Source: a virus
Lineage: Duplodnaviria; Caudoviricetes
Length of the DNA stretch: 64,000 bases
Virus record (IMG/VR): IMGVR_UViG_3300021255_004000
Span: 1 to 64,000 of that record
Strand: one strand, 5' to 3'
Positions 10,501 through 20,777 of this stretch are shown here, piece after piece (within the stretch, counting starts at the first letter, position 1; every line of letters begins with the position of its first letter). Made by a program: the position numbers and the translations under genes. Under the pieces are notes generated by a model, which worked only from the letters and a program-made list of their open reading frames with translations, made no database searches and was not told the DNA's origin.

Positions 10501-12510
10501 TATGAAAAAGAGTCATTCTTTGACCACGGTGTTTATGGTACATCAGAATGGCCTTCAATCGAAAAGGCTGTTATGAATGGTGACTTGAATGATAAACAGA
10601 TTCTTAATAAGTCAACATTCTTCAATGTTGTAAAATATCTTTATGAAGACAAGCTCACTGAAGATAAGAATCTTCTTATCCCATCAGTTGCAAAGAACAC
10701 AAGAAATGTTTTTGTTGAAGTAAACATTGATAAAATTATTAAAGCAAAGAACCATTCAGGTGACACAGAAAACTTGATGAATGTTGAATGGCTTGACTAC
10801 ATTTCAAACAATGATGAACTTGAATTAGCAAAGGAGAGTGTTAATGTTGGTTCAAACTTGATACTCAATGCTGATACATCAGGCTATGCTTCTTTGCTTT
10901 CTAAAACAGAATACACAGATCCTAACCTCAAAGTGTTGTTCCAAACAAACAACTGGGGAGATGATACAATTCCTGCTTATGTACAGATCGGTACAGGTGG
11001 CAGTGGTTTAAGAGATTACTTCAAACTTGTAAGTAACATTCAATATCCAAATGTTTATGGTGCAACATTCTGGGATCATACAGTTGAGCCTTATGAAGAT
11101 ACAAACAATAACATCATTGATGATTGGATTAAAGATGGCCCAGATGGCCAAAAAGTAAATAAAAGAGCAACTTGGGCAAATGTTGATAATAAGTTGTCAA
11201 AGCAAACTGACTACAACACTTATGAAAACATCGACAAGCCACTTTTTGAAATACCTCTTAATGAATACAATATGAATCTTCATACGATTGCAAACAATCG
11301 TGAATATTCAACTATTGACATTATGTTCTATGAACAAAACTTCAAGAACATTTCAAAAGAATACAACTTAAGCATTGGTTTGCAGAAAACTCTTTCAAAC
11401 AAGTTGCTTGCTTCAGATGATTACATTTCAATCGACTCAGAAGATTATGCAAGAAACACACCTGAAGATGAAAACTTGAAAAACATTTACTACTTCTATG
11501 ATGATGGTTCAAAAACAAGCAATAATAAAGGTAAGTTTAAGGTTGCTGTAAACAATGACGCATTTACAGAGTATAGTGTAATTGTTGGCGGTCTTCTTGG
11601 TTATACACCTTGGTATTACAACAAGATGACAAACAAACTTACTAATACATCTTTCAACTTGGATATTACAAGCTTCCCAGGATTAGTTGAGGCAGCAAGC
11701 AATGGTGATGATCTTTCTGAATTCTTAAGAAGATTTATGATAATCAAAGCTATCTTCGACTTCAGTACAGACAATGCAACTGTCTTGAATGAATATTCAA
11801 AAAACTTTCTTGGTTATGGTAATGAAGAATACGATGGTTTCTTTGATGATCTTTCTGCCTATGAAAGCATTTTCAAAAACAAGTTGATTATGTTTACATA
11901 CCTCAGAGGAAACTATGAAAATAACGGAGCTGATATTTTTGGCCTTAAAGATTATGATACACTTGCACTCTTCTGGGCAAATGACAAAATCAACTTTGTA
12001 AAGATAAACAAAAACTACACTTTGTGTACAACTGTTTATCCAAAGAATATAAACACAAATTATAATGAATATCTTGTATTTCACGGTTACTTTACATATC
12101 CTCTTATTAAGAAAGACTGTGTTGAAAAGTATGATGAAGACCCTGAAGACTTCCGTCAGATGATGGCAACATCTGATGAATATGTAATGGATAACAGCAA
12201 CTCAATCATTAAGTATACATCACAGGTTTTCAATTCAATTAAGTTGCCAAGAAATCATATTGCAGATGGTTCATATGATTTCAAACTTTTCATCGACCCT
12301 CACTTTGTTTCAACAGGCTATCGTTATGATGATTATGTTGAAAATGGTGTAAATGCTGCAACTGTTGAATATTGTATCTCACAATCAGCAATTCGTTATG
12401 ATAAAAAGCATAAAGTGTTCTACACAAATGCAACTGTTGTTGAAGACGGTGCTCTTGATAACTCAATGGATAATGACTTCGAAGTAATGCAAAGTATGCT
12501 GAGCGAATAA
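7573..12510 (+). CDS. Giant virion protein, putative baseplate wedge/tail protein
   Basis: 1645 aa; RRKFYGS motif resembling baseplate wedge proteins; internal coiled coil; late motif upstream. Confidence 0.6.
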   Translation: MALYTSNSEFDLETRVQLTNEMPTTRDYEYLHHSLRNDTWKWLIGTEDVTYDLPVGGSESHNLEAPVKIVNGKQAENYGPSKQQVWDPTTESYVEETPTFHKMEIKGVLAAEHDLFLHEIYRYLSCLYPDHPDWLNLLTRNEILDAFNNAAAMVDYKPNNEFFRLVAETIQSDDPDVEEFKLNLRNLTSNAARRKFYGSMLGYRMYGHDAFENVSIFPVGKALTLDSVNENEWRENKKKGFDAKKYIIDTFDERYQTLFRRIDWLGNNRDTSFTKANGYTIPSYSIPGYEDIQFEFVSSKTGEFTSDVYNLSKDSAYSFYDLTTNGQTTTGSISDKVELNTYEPTITETMLSYFSGDDKIIGLQTSISSSMVYNQLTKYKPFEEIIATFKENGIADSLYNIYMSQMPFSANGEVRAGNTQWFSTFISTAASFVSGFGGTSTLFEKVDYSYNPVIKDTIMLPIDIMRDCYPKTVEFNEDETVKNRTAELDISSATLNKGDIISILEYTDFPTPYKVAGGTCGQLRCHITTPTKSYANYNAISKYEPFDTANDYITSDDNYCALIQLKDGSYGVLYGSLNLTWQTLSENGHAFTCPKDITFNIRAIPEKKSEDIYKYVYGSDADNLIDEIRDEITLKTRELEKHYNLVVQDCNDDSKYIDLYVGLPSRIKEQESLIKELLKAIEDLPETATPEESAAAKEAYDSAVEQLAVYEDAYKAAVEKLEEVAYSNFEHYKDTASDLEDLNEQLAEYLEKKDELMENRSLFVDKERCFTATRGCKVEFFIFSSGEAFSKLPFIIDDTYISEISLGNISIQPMFLSDENHIKMVQVDNFIFADYDPITLRDSTFYQLYSLMEDKAREVAFVGHNSLKIYNESEYDVSAQVYIDKSVGNACYEMQFLTDDARTKYESLSIGSKVSGPGISSNTFVTKLSNYVATVNTSLPKGGTQTYTFKCPVTTAPESIKNDPFNYKRVMYANSEYEKESFFDHGVYGTSEWPSIEKAVMNGDLNDKQILNKSTFFNVVKYLYEDKLTEDKNLLIPSVAKNTRNVFVEVNIDKIIKAKNHSGDTENLMNVEWLDYISNNDELELAKESVNVGSNLILNADTSGYASLLSKTEYTDPNLKVLFQTNNWGDDTIPAYVQIGTGGSGLRDYFKLVSNIQYPNVYGATFWDHTVEPYEDTNNNIIDDWIKDGPDGQKVNKRATWANVDNKLSKQTDYNTYENIDKPLFEIPLNEYNMNLHTIANNREYSTIDIMFYEQNFKNISKEYNLSIGLQKTLSNKLLASDDYISIDSEDYARNTPEDENLKNIYYFYDDGSKTSNNKGKFKVAVNNDAFTEYSVIVGGLLGYTPWYYNKMTNKLTNTSFNLDITSFPGLVEAASNGDDLSEFLRRFMIIKAIFDFSTDNATVLNEYSKNFLGYGNEEYDGFFDDLSAYESIFKNKLIMFTYLRGNYENNGADIFGLKDYDTLALFWANDKINFVKINKNYTLCTTVYPKNINTNYNEYLVFHGYFTYPLIKKDCVEKYDEDPEDFRQMMATSDEYVMDNSNSIIKYTSQVFNSIKLPRNHIADGSYDFKLFIDPHFVSTGYRYDDYVENGVNAATVEYCISQSAIRYDKKHKVFYTNATVVEDGALDNSMDNDFEVMQSMLSE

Positions 12511-12548
12511 CAATAAGACTAATTATTAGCTCAGGAGATATCATATAA

Positions 12549-15500
12549 ATGAATTACACATTAGACATTTCTAGTGAACTTAATGAATACAGCCGTAAGA
12601 TTAAAAAACTTGAGGCTTCTTACGGCTCAAGTTATTCAAAAACAGATGTCGTGTCAAAAGTAAAAGAACTTACAACTGCATTAGGCCTTGCAAGTTGCGA
12701 CATTGAAAAGTCAAACACATTCATTCGTTTCAATTTGAAAAACTCTGCAGGTGCAAATTGTGTTGAGGTAAAAGCAACACCTGTAAGCAAAACAGAAAAA
12801 ATCGTTGTTAAGTTTGCTGAACACAAGTACTTCAAAAATCTCAAATATCTTTTCGGAGCATATAAAACAGAATACAATCAAGATGAAGGCTCATCAGATT
12901 TAACAAAAGAAGCTTATATCAGAAGTATTATTGGCGCAAACTTCCACGCAACAGATTTGTCACCTTCTGACAAGTTTGTATCAGTTGAAGAGGTTGACTT
13001 AAGAAGTCCATATCTTGAAGCATTAAACAATGTTCTTTTTGAGTCAACACGCGACATTGAAGGTGAGATTTATGGTATCAACGATGACGGTGAATTGTAT
13101 GTTTGTGGCAAGCGTACAGCTGCTTTCCAAAGACTTTATGACAATAAGTTAATTTCTTCTCTTGATGATATTGTTCCTGCGGTAGTTATTGATAACACAG
13201 TTGTAAAAGCTATAAGAGATAATGCAGTTGACTTCAGAGACAATGACGAATATGAAAAGCCAAAGTTTATGAGTATCAAGGTTAAAAAGCCAATGAATGA
13301 TACTTATGATGTTGGTAACGACCCATCTTTCAAGTACTTCAAAAACTTGTTGGTATTTGAAGCAAAACTTAATTTGGCTTCTCCTCGACTTGTTGAAAAA
13401 TCAGATTTTGATAATGGCGAGTTTCAACTTGTATGTAATGCTTTAACTCAAGGTGACGAAATCCTTTCAGGTATTGCTCTTGATGGCAGTGGAACAAAAA
13501 CACATACAATTCTTACAAATGTAAAAAAGAAATGTAGATATCTTGCAGCACAGGGTGATGACCTTGTTGCAATTATGGCTGACGGTATGGTTTATACCGC
13601 AAAGAATGTAAACTTCGAATCTGCAAAGTCTATTGATATGGAGACAGAAGGCAAAGAGTTTTCTGTTGAAGGCGCCCAGCTTATTGATATGATCTATGAT
13701 GACACTGAAGGTTGGGTAGGTACATTTGGTTATGAAGAAACTCAGGGTGAAGACTTTTACGGTGATAAGTATTACAGATTTATGATTTCAAAGTCATTGA
13801 ACTCTGTAACCCAGGCAGGAAGTGAAGCTGCTTCAATGTATGCTGCTCCTTTTGAAATCAGTGAAAACCCAGTTGCTTTGACATTCGCTGCTCGTTCAAA
13901 TGACAACTTGATTATGTCACCTGTTACAACAAGACTTGAAGTTGTTGATACTTACGGCGGAGTATTTGGTGTCCCTGAAACATCTTTTGTAAATCCTAAA
14001 GATATTGCAATTAAGTCTTATACAGAAACTGATGTTACAGGCGGTGCAAATAATGATTTAGCTGATGTAGGTCCAATCGTTACAACAGATGACAATAAAG
14101 AAATACTTCAAAACATTCTTGAAGGTCCCTATGTTGTAAACCCAAGCGAGTATGAAGAAGACGGTTCAAAAATGTACCAAAAGATTTTCTCTGATGGTGA
14201 TATGGACATCGTACTTCAGCAGGATTACATCTTTATCAAAACTCAACTTTATACTGTTGATGAAAACGGCGATTATGAAAGAACGATGACAAGAGGCAAA
14301 CACTGGCTTGGTGCAAAGTTGCCAATAACACTTGACACAACTTTGTTGAAGTTGCGCTCAATGCCTGTAAGTGGTACAACATCTTGTTACAACTTTGTTC
14401 TTGACGACATCAAGACATTCTGTTCTTGGGCGCTTGATACTGCACAGAAAGAAGAGATTGGTGACAACTATACATTTACAAACTTGTCACTTGAGGAATC
14501 ATTTACAGCAGATGAACTTAACTGTTTCAAAAATGCAATTAAGCCACTTTCAGAAAATTATACTGGCAGTGCAACAGAAGGCCGTGGTCTTTTGACATAT
14601 GCTCAGTTCTTGTCACTTGGTGTAACATACTATTCAGGTAACACAAAACTTGATGTAACGAATGACTCATTTGCAGTTGCTCCTGAAGCCATTGATAAAG
14701 TTGTATTTGAGACAGGCCTCCCACTTACAAATGATTTGAAAGTTGATGATACAGCAAGATTCCAACTTGTTGGTACAAAAGATAATAATGTTATTATAAT
14801 CTCAAAAGAATATGCAAATGCAATCGACTTTGAAGAAGCATATCGACTTTACTTGCTTCACGCATTTACTTATGTTCGTGGTATTCGTGAATATGATGCT
14901 TTCGGTGCAAAAGTTGTAACAAACATTTATTCATTCGGAAGCAAGATTTATTTCAGATGCTACACAGGCGATATGTTCTTCATTGACAAAAAGTACTTGC
15001 ACAAAGCAGAAGATATTGAAACAGTAAGCAACTGGAGAGTATCACAGCAGCCAGGCCTTTCACATATCAACGGATGGGATGTTGAAGACCTTAAGAACAT
15101 TGGCGGTTATGAAACAGTTACATTGAAAGATGGTAAGTTGCTTCCTATCAACAATAAAGAACACGCAATTTACTTCTTCAAGTTGACATCACCATTATTT
15201 ACTTTGCCTGATAATCAGCATATGTTCTTTGGTGGTTATGCATTCCCATCAAAAACAATTTATGATAAGTACGCTTCTATGGGTGGCGGCAAGTTTGATA
15301 CAACTCAGGAATGGTGGAAGATCAACCTTGAAAATTGGATTGCAGCTGATGAAAGCTCAGGTAAGACACCAGTTGTTGTTTACTCAAATGATGGCGGTGC
15401 TACATTCAATATATTACCTGTAAGACAGTACTTGCCTGAAAACTTCTTTAATGATGGTATTGACCGTCAGGTTGCATACTTCACAGAAACAGAAGATGGT

Positions 15501-18500
15501 AAAGTTGCAGGCTTTGTAAAAGAAAACGATAACGGCGCAGAGTCATACACAACAAATCAGATTGTTATTGACTTTGACGACTTTAATAAGGTTGACTCAA
15601 CTGCAACAAAATGGGAACAGGTTGGCATTCCTCGTGACGGTGAAGTAAGAAGCTTCTATAATGATGCAGGCAAAATTACTTACACAACAGGCCGCCTTGG
15701 TTTTGGTGTAGATGTTGATGTTTCACAGATGCTTGGTTCAGATACATTCAACTTCGACTTTACAGGTAACAACACCTTAGTTATTCCTGATGGTCTTAAA
15801 GTTGCAAAAGTTGAAAATGGCAATGCAATTAAGTTTAATAAATCAATCACAGATGAAGTTACCACAGGTACATATCGTGTATTACTTGCTGCATATACAA
15901 AAACAGATATTCCTTTCCAAGAAGACTACTTGTCAAAGGATTCATCAATTCTTTCAGACTATTTAAGATCAAACGGTGCACTTAAGGTTGACAGTGTTAA
16001 GGCAGTTACAAATGCTTTGACAGCAAACCGTGCTTATTTTGAAAACTTCCCAACTGTTCAGGAAGATACTTCAAAAACATATTATGAATATAATGGCGAT
16101 GAAGTTGTTGAGTTGACAAACAACTATAATGAAAGAATTATCAAATGTACTGAAGACGGTGAAAAGTTTGCATTCTCAAATCGTAAAGATAGCGATGGCA
16201 ATCCAATCGAAAGTTTGATTGACTTTGCTTCATCATTAGGTAATGGCCTTCAAGCAAGTCAACTTGTTGCACAAGGTAAACCTGCTCATACATTAAAAGA
16301 CTTCTTATCAAATGCTGAATGTATGGAAGATGATTCAGAATTCACATCATTGGTTAAAGGGACAAAGTCATTTGCATATATGAAGGAGTTTGATGAAGGA
16401 AGCGTACTTGCAATGTTTGATGCAAATACTGCTTTGGCAACAATCCTTGAAAAAGAAGGTATAGTCGAAAACACAGAAGATACATCAGAGTATGATGCTG
16501 TTGTAAACTTTGTTGAGAATATGGAAGATCAGTTCGGCGGTCCTGATAACAACTTTACAGATGCAGCTGCTCGTTTCGTGTTCAAGGAAATAGGAGGTAA
16601 GAAGTATCTTTATGATAAGAAGTACCAGGTATTCGTACTTAAGTCAAGAAGATTCATTTGTGGTACATTATCAATTCCTTATACATTCTACAACGGTGGC
16701 AATGGTATGACAGTTATTCCTGACCCACTTATTGAGTACAGCACTGAAACAGGAAATATGATTAAAGCAGGTGCACTTGCTTCAGGTATTTATTATCATC
16801 CAATGGGCTATGGCGGTTTAAGAAACAATACTTCAATCACAAAGACAACTCCTTGGAAGAGAGACCCTGCTGCATTCACTGATGATTATTTGAAAAACTC
16901 TGTTGGTGATTATGTGTTCTTGACAGATAATGTTGGTTCAAGAATCAGAACATATGATGCTATTCAACTTGTTGAAGATGGCGGCTATGACGTTTCTTAT
17001 GACAGCTTCTTAAATGATGGAGCAAATGAAATTACAGTAAAGTCAGGCGACACTGAAACAACATATCACTATTATAAACTTCATAAGACTGGTATCAAAC
17101 AATACCACTCTTGCGATTATGTAAGAAAAGACTCAAAAGTTTATTTGAGATTCTATAAAAATGCTCAGCGCATTACTGACTTTGAACTTGTTGATGACTG
17201 CTTATTGAATTACAACGGTGAAAAGTGCTATGAAGCAAGCATCGATGAAAGTGGATTCCTTGTTGTAGGTGAATGCGTTGGTACGCCTTCATCAACAGTT
17301 ACAGCAAAGTTTAAGGTTCATTATACAGCAAATGGTGTTGCATTTACAGATGAAGTTGAGTCAACCTTTACAGTAAACGGAAGCAACAGTGTACCTTGGG
17401 TCGATGCAATATCAGGAGAAGACACATCAGTAATTTATTACAAAGGCCGTGGTCTTATTTCAAAACCTGATGAAGGTTCAAGTACAAACACAAAAACTGT
17501 ATCATACAAGTTGACTTTGACTGATGCTGATGATAGCTTTGACTTGTCAACTGCTGACATTAAGACAACTGAATGTTCTTACTCAATCGAAAACGGTAAA
17601 CTTGTTATAACATTTGTCGCAGGTAACGACTATGTTGAAAGAAGTGTATCAGTAAATGGCACAACAGTTTGGAAAGCAGCAATTATTCAACTTGATTATG
17701 AAATATCAAAACAAGTTGTACTTACAGGACTCAAGAAACTGAGCGGTGAAGATGAGTCAAGAACTGACTTCTATTTTGGTGATATGCTTGCTTCGGATAA
17801 CATCAACATTCCATCAGACTTGATTGTTTCAAGAAGTGGAACATTGCTTTATCTTGGATATAAAAATCATATTGATGCTCCTGAAGGAACAATCGTTACA
17901 GGTGCTTATGGTTATTCAATTTCAAAGAAGCCTAAGTACAGTACATTCCAAAACTTGCTTTATGGCGAAGGTGTAATGATTGACAAAGGCATAGCATATG
18001 ATGAGTCTGTTCTTACATCAATGAAAGTTTCAGCAACAGCTGAAGACAATTCAGAGATTAAGTTGAATGCTCCTGTAACATTCAATGAAGCTTACAACGA
18101 TGGTGTTGAACATTACTTCAAGTTTAAGATTCTTACTGTATCTGAACAGTCACTTGCGCCAAAACATATGAATGATGAAAGTTATTATTATGAATTGTCA
18201 AAAGAACAGATGAGCTTGTACACGCCTAACCGTGTATGGTACAACCCTAAAGGTTCACCTGTGCCACCTATCAAAGTTGGTTCAAAGATTTTCAATTCAG
18301 AAAACAACTATGCATATTATGATGAAGATTATCGTAACGCAAATGATGTAAACATTTATATGTGTGATGAAGCAGGCCACTATGTAAACTTTGATGAAAA
18401 CGGCGTTGAGTATCGTCTTGATAGCAAAGTTGATGGAACATACACTGGTGACTGTTCAGCAAATGTTTATATGGGTGTTGATAACAGATATGTATCACCA

Positions 18501-19151
18501 AAGCCAATCAACCCAACTTGTCAAGACTGGTATTATGAAAACATTTATACTCCAAACAATGAGGTAAATCCTCTTTGGCAGATAATTCATATTTCACCAA
18601 AGATTGAAAACAAGAAGTGGGTTCAGAAGGTAAGCATTTGTCGTTATAAGAAGTCGGGTTCTTCACAGTTACTTGTTGATGATGTTGAACACCCTTATGT
18701 TTCAATGAACGAATTAAATCAAATTATTGCTGAAGATGGTGCCTTAAGAGTTAAGGAAAACTTCCTCAACTTCAATGCTGCTGACGGCGATATTGAATTA
18801 CTTCTTTCAGAGGGAGATGAACATTACAAAAATCTTATCAATTCAAATGATGGTGATATGACATTGTATGGTCTTAACTTCAGTGTAAACAAGTTAAAGA
18901 ATATGTTTGACAATGATCACTCAGAGTTATCGGCAACATTGCAAGCTTCTTATTCTGTAAACACATTGAGAGACTTTACAACAAATGTTCAAGATGACTC
19001 AACTATTGCAAAGATTACAGAAATGGGTATCTTCGATAAGAATCACAAATTGATTGCTTATGCGCAGTTCCCACCTATCGAGTACCGTACAGAAAAACAA
19101 CACGCTGCATTTACAGCTGTAATTTATCACGGTAATATGACAGGCAACTAA
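12549..19151 (+). CDS. Giant tail fibre/baseplate protein with C-terminal tail-collar-like domain
   Basis: 2200 aa; C-terminal ITEMGIFDKNHKLIAYAQFPPIEY (tail-collar fibre motif); Asp-box YSNDGGATF. Confidence 0.7.
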   Translation: MNYTLDISSELNEYSRKIKKLEASYGSSYSKTDVVSKVKELTTALGLASCDIEKSNTFIRFNLKNSAGANCVEVKATPVSKTEKIVVKFAEHKYFKNLKYLFGAYKTEYNQDEGSSDLTKEAYIRSIIGANFHATDLSPSDKFVSVEEVDLRSPYLEALNNVLFESTRDIEGEIYGINDDGELYVCGKRTAAFQRLYDNKLISSLDDIVPAVVIDNTVVKAIRDNAVDFRDNDEYEKPKFMSIKVKKPMNDTYDVGNDPSFKYFKNLLVFEAKLNLASPRLVEKSDFDNGEFQLVCNALTQGDEILSGIALDGSGTKTHTILTNVKKKCRYLAAQGDDLVAIMADGMVYTAKNVNFESAKSIDMETEGKEFSVEGAQLIDMIYDDTEGWVGTFGYEETQGEDFYGDKYYRFMISKSLNSVTQAGSEAASMYAAPFEISENPVALTFAARSNDNLIMSPVTTRLEVVDTYGGVFGVPETSFVNPKDIAIKSYTETDVTGGANNDLADVGPIVTTDDNKEILQNILEGPYVVNPSEYEEDGSKMYQKIFSDGDMDIVLQQDYIFIKTQLYTVDENGDYERTMTRGKHWLGAKLPITLDTTLLKLRSMPVSGTTSCYNFVLDDIKTFCSWALDTAQKEEIGDNYTFTNLSLEESFTADELNCFKNAIKPLSENYTGSATEGRGLLTYAQFLSLGVTYYSGNTKLDVTNDSFAVAPEAIDKVVFETGLPLTNDLKVDDTARFQLVGTKDNNVIIISKEYANAIDFEEAYRLYLLHAFTYVRGIREYDAFGAKVVTNIYSFGSKIYFRCYTGDMFFIDKKYLHKAEDIETVSNWRVSQQPGLSHINGWDVEDLKNIGGYETVTLKDGKLLPINNKEHAIYFFKLTSPLFTLPDNQHMFFGGYAFPSKTIYDKYASMGGGKFDTTQEWWKINLENWIAADESSGKTPVVVYSNDGGATFNILPVRQYLPENFFNDGIDRQVAYFTETEDGKVAGFVKENDNGAESYTTNQIVIDFDDFNKVDSTATKWEQVGIPRDGEVRSFYNDAGKITYTTGRLGFGVDVDVSQMLGSDTFNFDFTGNNTLVIPDGLKVAKVENGNAIKFNKSITDEVTTGTYRVLLAAYTKTDIPFQEDYLSKDSSILSDYLRSNGALKVDSVKAVTNALTANRAYFENFPTVQEDTSKTYYEYNGDEVVELTNNYNERIIKCTEDGEKFAFSNRKDSDGNPIESLIDFASSLGNGLQASQLVAQGKPAHTLKDFLSNAECMEDDSEFTSLVKGTKSFAYMKEFDEGSVLAMFDANTALATILEKEGIVENTEDTSEYDAVVNFVENMEDQFGGPDNNFTDAAARFVFKEIGGKKYLYDKKYQVFVLKSRRFICGTLSIPYTFYNGGNGMTVIPDPLIEYSTETGNMIKAGALASGIYYHPMGYGGLRNNTSITKTTPWKRDPAAFTDDYLKNSVGDYVFLTDNVGSRIRTYDAIQLVEDGGYDVSYDSFLNDGANEITVKSGDTETTYHYYKLHKTGIKQYHSCDYVRKDSKVYLRFYKNAQRITDFELVDDCLLNYNGEKCYEASIDESGFLVVGECVGTPSSTVTAKFKVHYTANGVAFTDEVESTFTVNGSNSVPWVDAISGEDTSVIYYKGRGLISKPDEGSSTNTKTVSYKLTLTDADDSFDLSTADIKTTECSYSIENGKLVITFVAGNDYVERSVSVNGTTVWKAAIIQLDYEISKQVVLTGLKKLSGEDESRTDFYFGDMLASDNINIPSDLIVSRSGTLLYLGYKNHIDAPEGTIVTGAYGYSISKKPKYSTFQNLLYGEGVMIDKGIAYDESVLTSMKVSATAEDNSEIKLNAPVTFNEAYNDGVEHYFKFKILTVSEQSLAPKHMNDESYYYELSKEQMSLYTPNRVWYNPKGSPVPPIKVGSKIFNSENNYAYYDEDYRNANDVNIYMCDEAGHYVNFDENGVEYRLDSKVDGTYTGDCSANVYMGVDNRYVSPKPINPTCQDWYYENIYTPNNEVNPLWQIIHISPKIENKKWVQKVSICRYKKSGSSQLLVDDVEHPYVSMNELNQIIAEDGALRVKENFLNFNAADGDIELLLSEGDEHYKNLINSNDGDMTLYGLNFSVNKLKNMFDNDHSELSATLQASYSVNTLRDFTTNVQDDSTIAKITEMGIFDKNHKLIAYAQFPPIEYRTEKQHAAFTAVIYHGNMTGN

Positions 19152-19156
19152 GTAAT

Positions 19157-19438
19157 ATGATATTGGATGTAATTTGTGGTTTTGATGCTGCGTATGAAAA
19201 TGTACGCAGCAATCTTGACTTCAATCTTGATTATTCTCTTACTGAAAACCTTATAAAAGGCAAGGCAATTCTTAATCCATTTTTAAGAATAGCAATGCTC
19301 GACTGTTTTACAAAAGGTGACAGCGGCGTGTATTCAAATCTTATTTTTGAGAATAAAAAGTACCTTAACTTTTTTAAGGTAAAACATACTAAGAAAGAGT
19401 TTAATGAGTTCATCAGCAACTTAAACAAAGTAATATAA
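19157..19438 (+). CDS. Hypothetical protein (leaderless)
   Basis: Fills the gap between structural genes; ACTAA 5 nt before ATG. Confidence 0.55.
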   Translation: MILDVICGFDAAYENVRSNLDFNLDYSLTENLIKGKAILNPFLRIAMLDCFTKGDSGVYSNLIFENKKYLNFFKVKHTKKEFNEFISNLNKVI

Positions 19439-19460
19439 GACTAATTGATTGGAGGATATA

Positions 19461-20543
19461 ATGGAAGTATCTAATAAAACATTAGATGAACAGGCAACAG
19501 AAATTGCTGAACAGCCAAAGATCCCAATGGGATATATGACAATGGAGCTGTCTACAAAAGGTAAGTTCGGTGCGCCAAAAGTATTTCACATTCGTAATTT
19601 CAAAACAGAAGACCTTGTAGGTTTGGCTATCGAGGACGAAGATAAATTGCAGGAAGCTGCAGCTGATATGTTGCAGGATCTTATCTTTGAAAAAGATGTT
19701 GATGTAAAGAAGTTTCACCAGAAAGAAGTTGTTGAAACATTCCTTCGTCTTTACCGCAGATACTATCAGAATGTTTTGAAAAATCTTCCTTGGGAATTGA
19801 CTGAAGAAGATAAAGACATTATTGCAAAAGAAGAAGGTGGTAAAGATACTGACGCTTACAGACGCCGCCTTGCTGCTATCAAACGCGGTGAAGAAAAGCA
19901 GTTCTTTGACATTGACCTTAAGCAGGTTGATTACTATGAAATCCCAGAAAATGTTACAGGCACTGTTCGTGTAACACAAAAAGATCCTGAGACAGGAAAA
20001 GACTTTGTAGTTGAATATTCATATCCAAGATATGGTGATGCAATTCTTTTGAAAAAGTTCATTATGAATATTCCTGAAATCAAGGAAGGTGAACGCCGCT
20101 TTGCTTCAATTACTGAAAATGTAAAGTTCCGTCAGAAGATGGAGAACGCTTGGAAGGAAGGTGAAAATGTGCCGCTTGAAAGAATCCCAAGATTCACACA
20201 GCAGGATATGGACGCTTTCAATGAATTCCAAAAGAAAAAAGCTCGCTTTGCAACTCGTGCAGTAAAGGCACTCCATTTGAAATCTATTGATGGTGTTGAC
20301 ATCAGTGATTTGCCACTTGACAAAAAACTTGCTTATGCAGATGATCCTCGTTTGGACCACGCAACATTTGAGCAGGTAAACAAACTTTATGAAGATATGA
20401 AAATCGGGCCGGTTGAGGATGTGAAAGTAATTGACCCTTATACAAAGAAGGTGACAAAGATACACTATACCTTTCGATTATTTACTATACTTCAGACCAT
20501 ACGCGATAACAAGCCTGATGGAACTGTTATTGAGTTTGTCTAA
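19461..20543 (+). CDS. Baseplate hub/tail assembly chaperone (T4 gp26-like)
   Basis: ELSTKGK...HIRNFKTED N-terminal motif; GGAGG RBS before MEVSN; location after baseplate genes. Confidence 0.6.
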   Translation: MEVSNKTLDEQATEIAEQPKIPMGYMTMELSTKGKFGAPKVFHIRNFKTEDLVGLAIEDEDKLQEAAADMLQDLIFEKDVDVKKFHQKEVVETFLRLYRRYYQNVLKNLPWELTEEDKDIIAKEEGGKDTDAYRRRLAAIKRGEEKQFFDIDLKQVDYYEIPENVTGTVRVTQKDPETGKDFVVEYSYPRYGDAILLKKFIMNIPEIKEGERRFASITENVKFRQKMENAWKEGENVPLERIPRFTQQDMDAFNEFQKKKARFATRAVKALHLKSIDGVDISDLPLDKKLAYADDPRLDHATFEQVNKLYEDMKIGPVEDVKVIDPYTKKVTKIHYTFRLFTILQTIRDNKPDGTVIEFV

Positions 20544-20742
20544 AGAGACAAGTAATAGTTTTGCAGAGTTGATGCAAATGCCGATGCACATCACAATCGG
20601 TATTTACAACGCTCTCAGGAAGTATCTTGAAAAAGAAGCGAAGGCAAGAAAAGAAGCAGAAGAAAAAGAAAGAAGCAAACAAGGAATGTCAACTCCTTCG
20701 ATGCCGTCATTCCGAATGCCATCTGGTATGCCACACTTCTAA
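20518..20742 (+). CDS. Small tail-assembly chaperone C-terminal segment, possibly expressed by frameshift
   Basis: SFAELMQMP motif; overlaps the upstream gene in the +1 frame, which is open from 20455; no clear RBS. Confidence 0.55.
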   Translation: MELLLSLSKETSNSFAELMQMPMHITIGIYNALRKYLEKEAKARKEAEEKERSKQGMSTPSMPSFRMPSGMPHF

Positions 20743-20743
20743 C

Positions 20744-20777
20744 AAAAAAGGCGAGCAAAAAGCTCGCCTTAATTTTT
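20744..20777. terminator. Bidirectional terminator
   Basis: AAGGCGAGC-aaaaa-GCTCGCCTT between convergent genes. Confidence 0.85.

Noticed and set aside
12508-12548. Stop-codon reassignment or readthrough joining the giant ORFs
   Set aside because: Stop is TAA, the next ORF is in a different frame with its own RBS, and genes are full length in the standard code
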